NCBI GenBank assembly: GCA_963703225.1
Contig: OY969801.1
Span: forward strand, 1,632,001 to 1,696,000
Source of the DNA: Candidatus Eiseniibacteriota bacterium
Lineage (GTDB): Bacteria > Eisenbacteria > RBG-16-71-46 > SZUA-252
Direction of reading: 5' to 3'
Length of the DNA: 64,000 bases
The position numbers and the translations under genes are program-made. The notes below the pieces were generated by a model. That model saw only the letters and a list, made by a program, of their open reading frames with translations. It searched no databases and was not told the origin of the DNA. Shown here in pieces: positions 1 through 8,915 of this stretch; within the stretch, counting starts at the first letter, position 1, and every line of letters begins with the position of its first letter.

Positions 1-244
1 GCCGGGGTCTACGGCCGACGACCGGGGTGTTGCCGAGCGTCCAGGGATAGAGGCTCGCGCGCTTGGGGTCGAGCGCCCAGAGCGAGAACTCCGAGAAGGA
101 GCCCGCGGCGATGAGCAGGTCGCGCGCCCTTCGGGCGAGCGCGTCCCGCTTGAGCAGCGCCAGCTCCCTCGACGCGCGCACCAGGAAGCGGAGCCGCTCC
201 TCCTCGGTGCGCACGGCAGCGGGTACCGTCGCCTCGCCGCTCAT
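1..244 (-). CDS. N-terminal part of a probable GAF-domain signalling protein (runs off the left edge)
   Basis: Not in the ORF track. ATG at 244 overlaps the upstream stop (ATGA). Open frame MSGEATVPAAVRTEEERLRFLVRASRELALLK... resembles the helix that precedes GAF domains. Confidence 0.5.
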   Translation of the reverse strand, partial: MSGEATVPAAVRTEEERLRFLVRASRELALLKRDALARRARDLLIAAGSFSEFSLWALDPKRASLYPWTLGNTPVVGRRPR

Positions 245-939
245 CGCCTCCGCCGCCGCGTCCCTGCGGCGCGGGCGCCCGACCCCTGAAGCTCGTCGAG
301 GAACGCGCGAAGCTCCCTCGGCCCCAGGTGATCCGCCCTCCAAAGCGCCCGAAAGACCCGCTCCCCCTTGCCCGCGTAGCCGGGCGTCGTCGCGAGGGTC
401 CGCGCGAAAACGCGGCGGCGCTCGGCGCGGGACATCGCGGGGAGCCCGCGTCGGTTGAGTCTTCCGTCGATCCAGACATTCCAGAGCTCGTTCAGCGCTT
501 CGCGGTCCCGCTCCGGGTGCCCCGAGAGGTCGACCCCGGACTCGTGGTCGTCCTTCAAGTGGCAGAGCTCGTGGAGGCACGCCTCGGCAAAGCTCCGCCG
601 CGAGAACTGCCGCGGAGCGAGCGGAGGAGCGCCGGGCCGCCGCGACCACGTCCGCGTCCAGGACCGACGCCTGGACCGGGTCACAAAGTTCCCGAGCGCG
701 AACCAGAGCCGCGCGGCTCGGTGATCGTGGGTGTTCCACTCGATGTAGGCGTGGTCGTCCCGGTTGGCCATATCGACGAAGACCTGAAGGTCGTGAATCA
801 CGCCCTTGAGCCCCAGCTCCCGGACCGATTCCTTGAGCACTTCCTCCGCGGATTGGCGGAGGGCGAAGTCGGGCGGCTGCCACCGGACGTGGAGCGAGGG
901 GTCGCTTGGCGCCACCTGCATGCCTTTGCTCTTCGCCAT
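241..939 (-). CDS. hypothetical protein with HExxH zinc-metalloprotease-like motif
   Basis: LHELCH followed by LWNVWIDGRL; start and stop overlap both neighbours. Confidence 0.7.
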   Translation of the reverse strand: MAKSKGMQVAPSDPSLHVRWQPPDFALRQSAEEVLKESVRELGLKGVIHDLQVFVDMANRDDHAYIEWNTHDHRAARLWFALGNFVTRSRRRSWTRTWSRRPGAPPLAPRQFSRRSFAEACLHELCHLKDDHESGVDLSGHPERDREALNELWNVWIDGRLNRRGLPAMSRAERRRVFARTLATTPGYAGKGERVFRALWRADHLGPRELRAFLDELQGSGARAAGTRRRRR

Positions 940-1544
940 CAGTTGCTCGCCGCTTTGATGATGAAATAGTTGAGCGCCGCGAGGCCGATCAGGATCGCGG
1001 CCGGATGGAGCCCGAAGACCCCGACGCGCGGCTTAGACGGCGGTGGCGCCGCCGGCGGTGTGGGGTGCGCCCCTCCCACCGCGGGGGCCGCCGCGCCGCC
1101 GGTCGGTTGCGGCGTGGGAAGGCGGAGCGTGTCGAGCGCCGCGTCGGTGTTCGGCTTGAGCGGAACTTCGATGGGGACCGAGCTGGTGTCCGGCTCCGCG
1201 CCGGTCTGGAGGTTCACGCCGGGCTGGACAACACCGGTGGTGTCCGGCTCCGCGCCGGTCTGGAGGTTCACGCCGGGCTGGACAACACCGGTGGTGTCGG
1301 CCCCTTGGCTCGGCTCCGGCCCCACCTCGGGCGGGGGGCCAAGAGAACCGTCCGATTCCGGCTCCGATCCCGAATCCGGAGGGTAAAGCGACGAGTCGGG
1401 GGCCGCGGGATCCTGGGCCGACGCGACGCCCACGGATGCGCAGACGAGCAAGCACACAAGCGCTGTCGATCGGGCGATCGACCCCACCTTGTCCCGGGCC
1501 TGCGACCGGCGACGGGCACGAACGGACCGTATGATCCGCCGCAT
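939..1544 (-). CDS. exported Pro/acidic low-complexity protein with C-terminal membrane anchor
   Basis: AGGAGG before ATG 1544; signal peptide ending ASA/QD; 18-aa duplication; hydrophobic tail GVFGLHPAAILIGLAALNYFII. Confidence 0.65.
   Translation of the reverse strand: MRRIIRSVRARRRSQARDKVGSIARSTALVCLLVCASVGVASAQDPAAPDSSLYPPDSGSEPESDGSLGPPPEVGPEPSQGADTTGVVQPGVNLQTGAEPDTTGVVQPGVNLQTGAEPDTSSVPIEVPLKPNTDAALDTLRLPTPQPTGGAAAPAVGGAHPTPPAAPPPSKPRVGVFGLHPAAILIGLAALNYFIIKAASN
1184..1298. repeat. perfect 54-bp tandem duplication (about 2.1 copies), in frame
   Basis: tggtgtccggctccgcgccggtctggaggttcacgccgggctggacaacaccgg at 1184 and 1238, partial copy at 1292; encodes DTTGVVQPGVNLQTGAEP twice. Confidence 0.95.
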
Positions 1545-1602
1545 CGACTTCTTCCTCCTGGTAGTCGTCGACTCGAGCGGCTGACGGCGCCGCACTCGAA
1601 TA

Positions 1603-2046
1603 TTAGTCGACGGTGGCCCCGCGCGGGCCGAAAGATTCTGCGCGGCGCAGGTAGGCTTCGAATTGATCCGGATTGAGGAGGACCCCATCGCGGAAACGGA
1701 GCGGAACGTCCATCTGCCCGTAGTGCCACAGCTCCTCGGTGTGCCCCACGGGAGTCAGCAGCACGCGGCCGGTCGGGAAACTGAGGGCGTCAAAGACGCG
1801 CCGCATGTCCGGCGGGAGATGCTCGCTCCAATATTGCATCCGGATGCTGTGGAGGAGGAGCTTTTCTTGATGCCGGACGTTACCCGACCACCACTCCATG
1901 GAGCGGAGGTAGTAGATGCTGTCGGCATCCATGTAGAGGATCTGCGTGGGGCCGACCACGGTCGGCGGATCGGGCGCGGCCAGCGCGGAGGCTGTCACGG
2001 CGAGCGCGATCATGGCGCACAGGAGCAGGGCACGAAGTCGGAGCAT
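1603..2046 (-). CDS. secreted hypothetical protein, possible SmpA/BamE-like fold
   Basis: GGAGG before ATG 2046; signal peptide ending ALA/AP; pattern V...LSFP...EELWHY...LRFRDGVL. Confidence 0.6.
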   Translation of the reverse strand: MLRLRALLLCAMIALAVTASALAAPDPPTVVGPTQILYMDADSIYYLRSMEWWSGNVRHQEKLLLHSIRMQYWSEHLPPDMRRVFDALSFPTGRVLLTPVGHTEELWHYGQMDVPLRFRDGVLLNPDQFEAYLRRAESFGPRGATVD

Positions 2047-2117
2047 GGCGCTGATACCTCCCCAAAAGGCTGAATTCAGCCTCCGAATGGCTCCCTGGGA
2101 GGCCGATGATTGCCCCA

Positions 2118-2146
2118 ATTATAGCCTATTTTTGTGAGGCTGGGAA
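2118..2146 (-). promoter_or_regulatory. putative sigma70 promoter for the 2046 gene
   Basis: Minus strand TTCCCA-N17-TATAAT in an AT-rich intergenic patch. Confidence 0.45.
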
Positions 2147-2159
2147 CGGGAGAACGGCT

Positions 2160-2516
2160 CTAGAGGCGGTAGAGGATGCGGCCGCAATTCTCGCAATTTT
2201 CGAGGGTTGAATCGGCTGTGCTCCTGGACGCCGAGGAGGTCGGAAGGCTCATCCGGCACCCCTGGCAGATGCTCCGCTCGACGGCGACCACGACCCTCGT
2301 GAACCGCCGACTCATCCGCTCATAGATCTGGAGCAGCCGGGAGTCGATCTGCTGCGCCAGTTCCTCCCGAGCCCGCTCCACCCGCCGTACGTTTTCGAGG
2401 GCGAACCCGAGCCGGGCCTCTTTCGTGGAGATCTCTGGATCCCTTGCCTCCCGGATCAGAAGGTCGAGGTCCTGGAGCCTCACGAGGGTCTGGAGCTGGT
2501 CAATCGGCGGCGGCAT
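2160..2516 (-). CDS. short C4 zinc-ribbon protein (DUF164/HP0958/CT398-like)
   Basis: LVRLQDLD N-terminus, YER, CQGC...CENCGRILY. Confidence 0.85.
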   Translation of the reverse strand: MPPPIDQLQTLVRLQDLDLLIREARDPEISTKEARLGFALENVRRVERAREELAQQIDSRLLQIYERMSRRFTRVVVAVERSICQGCRMSLPTSSASRSTADSTLENCENCGRILYRL

Positions 2517-2997
2517 GGATCAGGATCTCCTGGACCGACGAAAAATCTGGGGCCTCGATGAGCCTCTGGCGCGTCTTCACAAGCCGGACCGCCCGGACCA
2601 CCTCGGCGACGAGCTGGAGGTAGACCGGATCCCGCTCCACCGGGGGTGCCACGATCAGGAAGAAGAGGTGGACGGGCATCTCATCCACAGCCTCGAAGTC
2701 GACCCCGCGGGCGGAGCGCCCGATGAGGATCGCCCGCTCGAAGATCAGCGTCGACCGGGCATGGGGGACCGCGACCCCCTTCCCAATTCCGGTGCTCCCG
2801 AGTGACTCGCGCTGAGCCAGGAGGTCCAGTACCACCTGGGGGTGCCGGGTGACGCGGGCGGGGACCAAAGGCTGAACCAATTCCTCAAGGACCGCGGCTT
2901 TCTTCTTGGATTGAAGCGAGGGTAGAAAGAGGGTGGGCTTGAGAAGCCCTTCAATCAAAGTACCGGATCTTGGCGCTGCGGAGAGCGCGGAGGTCAT
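2500..2997 (-). CDS. PTS EIIA (fructose/Ntr-type) domain protein
   Basis: RESLGSTGIGKGVAVPHAR phospho-His motif and GVDFEAVD..PVHLFF; start uncertain. Confidence 0.85.
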   Translation of the reverse strand: MTSALSAAPRSGTLIEGLLKPTLFLPSLQSKKKAAVLEELVQPLVPARVTRHPQVVLDLLAQRESLGSTGIGKGVAVPHARSTLIFERAILIGRSARGVDFEAVDEMPVHLFFLIVAPPVERDPVYLQLVAEVVRAVRLVKTRQRLIEAPDFSSVQEILIHAAAD

Positions 2998-3141
2998 CAA
3001 TAGGTTCGATCCTTTACTTCCAAAGTGCATGGCATCCGTGCCCCAGGCCACTACCTTACAGGAGGCAATTCGCCGAGGGCAAGGCTCTTGTTCCGCACTC
3101 AGGGGGCCCCAGATGTCACCCAATTGCTCAGGGCAAGGCGG

Positions 3142-3154
3142 TAAATATTTGATA
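3142..3154 (-). promoter_or_regulatory. IHF binding site
   Basis: Minus strand TATCAAATATTTA matches WATCAANNNNTTR exactly, in an AT-rich tract. Confidence 0.65.
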
Positions 3155-3200
3155 ATTTATGATTTATGGCATCGATATTTTGCGATCAAGACCCCACCCA

Positions 3201-3216
3201 CGGCACGCCCCTTGCG
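3201..3216 (+). promoter_or_regulatory. sigma54 (-24/-12) promoter of the TPR gene
   Basis: cGGCACGccccTTGCg with GG-N10-GC spacing; AGGAGG at 3241 and ATG at 3257 downstream. Confidence 0.65.
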
Positions 3217-3256
3217 GCATCTGGGGGCCACACCCTAGCTAGGAGGGGCCGGTCCC

Positions 3257-3757
3257 ATGGTCATGTCCAAGGAACGTCGTCAGAAGCAGCTAGCCGTGGT
3301 GGGGGCCATCGGGAGGGAGCATTTCCTCACGGGCGTCAGGATGATGTATGCCTGCCGTTTCGGAGACGCCCTGCACCACTTCCGGGAGGCGGTTCTCCTG
3401 GAGCCTCAAGCCCACGGATACTTGAGCTACCAGGGCGTGGCCTTGGCCCACGCCGAGCGGAAGTACTCGGACGCGGAGCAGCTCTGCCGCCGAGCGATCG
3501 AATCGGAGTATCACCGCCCCGAGCACTACTTCAATCTCGGTGAGGTCCATCTCCTGGCCGGGCGGAGGGCCGAAGCGGTCAAGTGCTTCAACCAGGCGCT
3601 CTCCTGGAATCCCGGCTTCGAGGCGGCCCAGGATGCGCTCCGAAAACTCGGGGTCCGGAAGCCCCCCGTCGTTCCGATACTCCCGCGGAGCCACCCCGTG
3701 AACGTGGTCCTTGGGAAGGCTCTGCGCCGGAAGACCAAGGGACCTTTGCCGGCCTGA
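3257..3757 (+). CDS. tetratricopeptide repeat protein
   Basis: About 3 TPR motifs (e.g. HYFNLGEVHLLAGRRAEAVKCFNQAL); AGGAGG RBS. Confidence 0.85.
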   Translation: MVMSKERRQKQLAVVGAIGREHFLTGVRMMYACRFGDALHHFREAVLLEPQAHGYLSYQGVALAHAERKYSDAEQLCRRAIESEYHRPEHYFNLGEVHLLAGRRAEAVKCFNQALSWNPGFEAAQDALRKLGVRKPPVVPILPRSHPVNVVLGKALRRKTKGPLPA

Positions 3758-3791
3758 GGGCCCCTCTCTTGCCGGCTGGGGGGCTCACCCC

Positions 3792-4634
3792 TCAGTAGTT
3801 CGTCTTCCAGTCGATCAGGCCGCGCTCCCGAGCGATGCGCTCGCACCGCGCAAACCAGAGGATGGCGAATCCTGCCACCCCCGCGGTCGAGACGCACAGG
3901 ACCAGCCAGAGCCCGCCGTCCGACACTCCCTGGAGCGGCGCCGCGAAAGACCGGCCGGTCACGATGCGCCGGATCAGCTCGAGCCAGTACGTGAACGGAA
4001 GCCCGAGCGATATCCACTGAGCCCAACGCGGCAGGATCTCGATCGGGAAGACCGCGCCGCTCAGCAGGTAGAAGAGACCGGTCAATCCCTCGTTCAGATT
4101 GATGCTGTGGCGGGCGACGATCAGCGACGCGCCCGCCAGGATGATCCCCAGCCACGCCACCGAGATGAGCCCCACCGCCGTCGCCAGCGCCAGCACCCCC
4201 CAGTTTGTGGTCGCCACCCCGATCGGGAGGCCCAGCACCAGACCACCAAAGAGGAGCGCGACGATCACCCCGAGCGTGGCGGTGGCCATCTTGGTCGCGC
4301 CACGGCCCAGGAGATACGGAAGGAGGTGGAGAGGCGCCGTGTAGATGTACTTCAACGTCTCGTAGTCCTCCCGGTCGCGAAAGACGGCCCACGAGATGCC
4401 GATCAGGACCTCGGAGACATAGAGAAAGAACGTGTTCCCGAGGAAGAGGAAGAGGAACGTCTCGGCGGTCGCGTGCCCCTGCGAGACCACCCGGACCATG
4501 AAGAAGAGGATCAACGTGGTCGCCAGGGGCTTGGCTATGGCGAACACCACGAAGAGAAAGGGGTCGGCCCAATTCGCCTCGACCTGCCACCCCAGCCACG
4601 CCGAGGCGCGCATGACCTCCCAGATCCGCTTCAC
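3792..4634 (-). CDS. ABC-2 type transporter permease
   Basis: About 6 hydrophobic segments, LSGAVFPIEILP motif; GTG start overlaps the upstream stop. Confidence 0.85.
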   Translation of the reverse strand: MKRIWEVMRASAWLGWQVEANWADPFLFVVFAIAKPLATTLILFFMVRVVSQGHATAETFLFLFLGNTFFLYVSEVLIGISWAVFRDREDYETLKYIYTAPLHLLPYLLGRGATKMATATLGVIVALLFGGLVLGLPIGVATTNWGVLALATAVGLISVAWLGIILAGASLIVARHSINLNEGLTGLFYLLSGAVFPIEILPRWAQWISLGLPFTYWLELIRRIVTGRSFAAPLQGVSDGGLWLVLCVSTAGVAGFAILWFARCERIARERGLIDWKTNY

Positions 4635-5452
4635 CCGCCCCTCAGGGTGAGCCGCCCCTCGCGCTTCCCCCGATTTTCCATCGCCGCCAGCGAGCGCTGG
4701 GCCAGGAACAGAAAGAGGACGAGGAGCACCACCTGAATGGGCGGAATCCAGGGCAAGGGCAAGAGCCCGTGGGCCGCCTCTCCGTAGAGAATCTGCCGGA
4801 TTCCGTCGAGCCCGAGCGTGATCGGCAGGAGCGCCGCGAATCCGGCCGCGACGACGCCCATCGCGCGGACCGGAAAGTAGAATCCGGAGAGAAGGTAGAT
4901 CGGCTCCTGAAAGAGCGTGGCCGTGTACCACGCTTCCCTCCCCCACAAGAGGAAGAGGCTGCTCAGGATCATCCCGAGGCTGTACACGGCACCCAGCGTG
5001 AGGAGAAAGAGGCCGAACGCCGGGAGCGCGCGATCCAGCGGGAGCGGGACGTGGAAGATCAACGTCCCGGCGAGCAGGATCACGACCGCACGGCTCGTGG
5101 TCATGGCCATGCCCCCGAGCGCCATTCCGAGCAGGATCGACATCCGCGAGATCGGCGTGATGAGGTAGAGTTGGAGCTGGCCTTGTTCCTTTTCCCAGAA
5201 GAACTGGCTGGCCATGCTCCAGAGCACGTTGTTCCAGTAGGCGATCATCGCGCCGCCCAGCACCACGAACGCCTCGTAGATCGGCGGCGCGTGGAGGCCC
5301 CGGTAGACCAGCACGAACGCCGACATCGCGAGGAACGGAAAGATCGTCTCGCCGACGATCCAGGATTTCTCGCGCCAGGACGCGACCACCCGGACGCGGG
5401 CCCGCGCGCCGATCGCCCCCAGGTTCATCCGCACGGTCTCAGCGAGGGTCAT
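4631..5452 (-). CDS. ABC-2 type transporter permease
   Basis: EKEQGQL and LSGFYFPV motifs; multiple TM helices. Confidence 0.85.
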   Translation of the reverse strand: MTLAETVRMNLGAIGARARVRVVASWREKSWIVGETIFPFLAMSAFVLVYRGLHAPPIYEAFVVLGGAMIAYWNNVLWSMASQFFWEKEQGQLQLYLITPISRMSILLGMALGGMAMTTSRAVVILLAGTLIFHVPLPLDRALPAFGLFLLTLGAVYSLGMILSSLFLLWGREAWYTATLFQEPIYLLSGFYFPVRAMGVVAAGFAALLPITLGLDGIRQILYGEAAHGLLPLPWIPPIQVVLLVLFLFLAQRSLAAMENRGKREGRLTLRGG

Positions 5453-5460
5453 CGGCACCG

Positions 5461-6480
5461 CTAGCCCGCTTCGCCGTCGGATCCAGGATCATCCTCGAGG
5501 CCGCGGCCGACCATATGGACGAACACGGTCTCGAGCGTGGGCTCCGACTTGGCCAGATGGAGCACCTGCACCTCCAGGGCCTTGAGCCGTCCCAGCACTT
5601 CCCCGATCACCTGATCCTCGGTGACGATGACCTGGAGCTGGACCGCGCCGGTCGCCGGGTGGGCGTGGTGGGAGAGCGACTTGATTCCCCGGATCTCCCG
5701 CAGCGCCTCGAACCCGGCGCCTCCCGTCCCCACCTGCAATTCGAATACAGGCTCCATGGGGATCGAGCGCTTGAGCGCGTGGGGCGTGTCGAGCGCGAGA
5801 ATCCGTCCGTGGTCGATGATCGCGACCCGGCCGCAGAGCTCGTCCGCCTCGACCATGTAGTGGGTCGTGAGGAGGACCGACCGATGGGGGCGCTCGCGCA
5901 CCCATCGCGCGATGAACGCGCGGACATCCCGGGACGCTTCGACGTCGAGGCCCAGCGTCGGCTCGTCGAGGAAGATGATCTCGGGATCGCTCATGAAGCC
6001 GCGGGCGAAATTGAGCTTTTGCTTCATCCCGGTGGAGAGGCTCGAAAGCCGGGAGTCCGCCCGATCGTCGAGGCCGGTCATGGCCATCAGCTCGTCGGCC
6101 CGGCGGCGCGCCTCGGCGCCCGGAACCCCGTAAAACCTCGCGAAGAGGTGGAGCGTCTCGCGTACGGTCAGGATTCCGTACCCGGAGGAGTCACCGCCCG
6201 AGACCATGTTGATCCGTCGCCGGACGTTGAGCGGGTCTCGGACCACGTCGTAGCCCGCGACGGTCGCGCTCCCGCTGGTCGGCAGGAGGAGCGTCGTCAG
6301 GATCTTGATGAGCGTGGTCTTCCCGGCCCCGTTCGGTCCGAGGAGCCCGAAGCACTCGCCCCGCTCCACGCGAAGGTCGACCCCCTGGAGCGCGAGGATC
6401 TCTCGCTCCCGGCGTCGGGCGCGAAACGTCCGGGTCAGCCCAACGGTCTCGACAGCCGCGAGGGGCTCGGTAGGACTCAC
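5461..6480 (-). CDS. ABC transporter ATP-binding protein (DrrA-like)
   Basis: Walker A GPNGAGKT, signature LSTGMKQK, Walker B IIFLDEPT, TTH loop. Confidence 0.95.
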   Translation of the reverse strand: MSPTEPLAAVETVGLTRTFRARRREREILALQGVDLRVERGECFGLLGPNGAGKTTLIKILTTLLLPTSGSATVAGYDVVRDPLNVRRRINMVSGGDSSGYGILTVRETLHLFARFYGVPGAEARRRADELMAMTGLDDRADSRLSSLSTGMKQKLNFARGFMSDPEIIFLDEPTLGLDVEASRDVRAFIARWVRERPHRSVLLTTHYMVEADELCGRVAIIDHGRILALDTPHALKRSIPMEPVFELQVGTGGAGFEALREIRGIKSLSHHAHPATGAVQLQVIVTEDQVIGEVLGRLKALEVQVLHLAKSEPTLETVFVHMVGRGLEDDPGSDGEAG

Positions 6481-8915
6481 TTGCCCAAAAGCCGCTTCAG
6501 CGCTTCCCGACCCTGCTTCAGGGGATCGACGGCCGCCGTGGAATCGGTGGCGGCGCTGTCCCGCTTCCCGCTCGCGGCGAGGCTCCGCAGAAGCTCCTCC
6601 TGGAGCTTGGCGCCGGCGACCTCGAAGGTCTTTCCGCCCTTGATCGAGAACTTGGGCGCCAGCGCGGTCCCGGTCACCTTGATGTTGAGGGGAAGCCGGC
6701 CGTCCTTGTCACGGGCGTAGCGCGCAAGATCGGCGAAGGCGGTACCGCCCTTGATCCGATCGGGCGCGAGCCGGAGCAGAAGATCCAGGTTGAGCGACTT
6801 GTCGAGCCCCATCGAGCCCGCCATCTCGAAGAGATCCTTTCCGACATCCCCCTTCATCTTGTCGAGGAGGAGCCGGCCGCGATCGATCCGGAGAGAATGG
6901 GTCAACGTCTTGAACGCGAGGTCACCGGCTCCGCCGCCGCCGCCGCCCAACCCCAGCGCGTTCCTGAGCCCGAGGATCGTCGGCGTCTCGAGAATTCTCC
7001 CGTCTTCCACCGTACCGGAGAGCGCGCCGCGCAGCGAATCGGCCACCGAGGCCCCGGGCATTCCCGGCCCGGCGAGGTCCACGATACCGCTCGCGAACCC
7101 GGTCATCCCCAGCTGAAACGGAAGGAGGCCGGCCGAAAGCTCCTCCACCGGCGCGCGCTTGACGTTCAGGTTGAGCGTATACGACGGCTTCGACACCAGG
7201 TCGTTCAGCGTGAGTCCGCCGGCGATCGTCCCGGTCCCAATCCGCCCGGTGATCGGCGCGGCGGTGAGGGTCCCGCCCTCGTACTTCACGGGAACCACGA
7301 CGTCGCGCACGATCATCTTGCCTGACCGAAGCTCCCCGATCGTGACCATCGCGTCGAAGGAGCGGAGCGGAATGGGTGGGACGGCCGCGGGCGCCGCGGC
7401 CGCGGGTGGCGCCGGCTTTCCGTCGGGCCCTGGCGGCGGCGCCCACTCCTCCGCCACGAACCGATCGAGGGACGCCCGAAACGCTCCGGTGCCCAGCGGC
7501 TTCCCGGGGAGCACCGTGCCCGTGAGCGAGGCCGTGGTCGATCCGACCGTTACCTGAAAGGAGCGGATCGAGACGCTTCGTTCATCGCCCCGGACGTCGA
7601 AGCCCATCCGGCTGACGGGGCGGGCCAGGCCCGGAATGTCGCCGCTCAGCTCGGCTCCCTGCGCGGTCCATCCGATCGACGGAGGTGAGGGCGGCTCCAT
7701 CGTGAAGACCGCGCGGCACTCGAGGGTTCCCCCTCGCCAAGTCGGGGCGTTGGGCACGAGGCCGTTGAGCCGCGTCGCCTGGGCCCGAACGGTCAGGTTT
7801 CCGCTCGTGGCGCCGCCCGGCGCGATCGATCCGGCTGCGCTCAGCGCCAGGTCGAGCCCCTGGTCCGCGGCCTCGACGCGGGACTTGAACGTCCGGTCGG
7901 GCTTGGTGGTCCACGTCGCGACCGCCTGAGCCAGCGAAAACGTGTTCGCCCCCGATGTGACGGAAACCGGCTTCATCGTCAGGCGCCCGGACTGGACCGG
8001 CGCCGACGCGGGTCCGGTAATCCGGACTTCCCACGATGCCGTGGTCGACCACGAAGCCGGCCACGCCGCGGCCAGCGCACGGAATGACTCGTCGCTCGAG
8101 CGAATCGACTGCGGCTTTCCGGTCAGGACGAGCGCCAGCTCCGGCTCCTTTCCGCCCGCGCCGAGGCGGACCTCTCCGGCGAGCGCGCTCTGAAGCGGGC
8201 CGAGGTCCACCGAGCCCCGCGTGACCGCGAGCCGCCCACCGCCGGCGTCTCCCTTCGCCGCGACGTCGATCTTGAGCGGCGAAGGAAGCAGGAGGCTCCG
8301 ATCGTGGGCCGAGGCTTTCCAAAGCAGGCTCTCCGCCCGCGCGGCGATCCGGACGGCCCGCGGATGATCGATCGTCCCCGCAACCTCGGTTCGCCCGGAC
8401 AGGCGGCGGATGTCGATCCCGCCGCCGAGACGATCGCGCGTGCGGATGTCGATCCCATCCAGGTCAAGGCGGGGCAGCAGGAGTGCCAATCCCGCGCTCC
8501 GGGCCGGGGCCGGGGCGGCCTTGGCCGTATCGGCCGGGGCGGCGCGCTCGGTCATCGCGATGCCGGCGCCGCTCACGCGGGCCGCCGAGATTTCGACGCG
8601 GCGCGAGAGAAGCGGGAGGAGCTGAAAGCTCACGAAGATCTCGCGAACGCGGGCTTCGATCTCGGCGTCGCCCGCTCCCTCGGAGGGAACGCGCACGTAG
8701 AGCCCCTCGATGCGGACCCCGACGGCGAGCCAGGTGAGGCCGGGCCGCAGGCGGTTCCACCGGACGGTGGCACCATGGACCTGCGCGGCCTGTCGCTTGG
8801 CCTCCCGGTCGATCCAGTCCTTGGGCATCAGGAACCACGCCGCCAGGACGAGCAGCGCGAGGACGGCGGCGCCGATGCCGAGAACGGAGACCGCGATGCG
8901 GAGAGCCCGAGCCAC
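6477..8915 (-). CDS. AsmA-like bridge protein
   Basis: N-terminal TM anchor, LLPLLSRRVEI segment, beta-rich body, AsmA-type C-terminus LPLNIKVTGTALAPKF. Confidence 0.75.
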   Translation of the reverse strand: MARALRIAVSVLGIGAAVLALLVLAAWFLMPKDWIDREAKRQAAQVHGATVRWNRLRPGLTWLAVGVRIEGLYVRVPSEGAGDAEIEARVREIFVSFQLLPLLSRRVEISAARVSGAGIAMTERAAPADTAKAAPAPARSAGLALLLPRLDLDGIDIRTRDRLGGGIDIRRLSGRTEVAGTIDHPRAVRIAARAESLLWKASAHDRSLLLPSPLKIDVAAKGDAGGGRLAVTRGSVDLGPLQSALAGEVRLGAGGKEPELALVLTGKPQSIRSSDESFRALAAAWPASWSTTASWEVRITGPASAPVQSGRLTMKPVSVTSGANTFSLAQAVATWTTKPDRTFKSRVEAADQGLDLALSAAGSIAPGGATSGNLTVRAQATRLNGLVPNAPTWRGGTLECRAVFTMEPPSPPSIGWTAQGAELSGDIPGLARPVSRMGFDVRGDERSVSIRSFQVTVGSTTASLTGTVLPGKPLGTGAFRASLDRFVAEEWAPPPGPDGKPAPPAAAAPAAVPPIPLRSFDAMVTIGELRSGKMIVRDVVVPVKYEGGTLTAAPITGRIGTGTIAGGLTLNDLVSKPSYTLNLNVKRAPVEELSAGLLPFQLGMTGFASGIVDLAGPGMPGASVADSLRGALSGTVEDGRILETPTILGLRNALGLGGGGGGAGDLAFKTLTHSLRIDRGRLLLDKMKGDVGKDLFEMAGSMGLDKSLNLDLLLRLAPDRIKGGTAFADLARYARDKDGRLPLNIKVTGTALAPKFSIKGGKTFEVAGAKLQEELLRSLAASGKRDSAATDSTAAVDPLKQGREALKRLLGK

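Noticed and set aside
1184..1298. Possible CRISPR or mobile-element repeat
   Set aside because: In-frame coding duplication with no spacer.
3167..3183. Second sigma54-like motif TGGCATCGATATTTTGC
   Set aside because: GG to GC spacing is 12 nt rather than the required 10.
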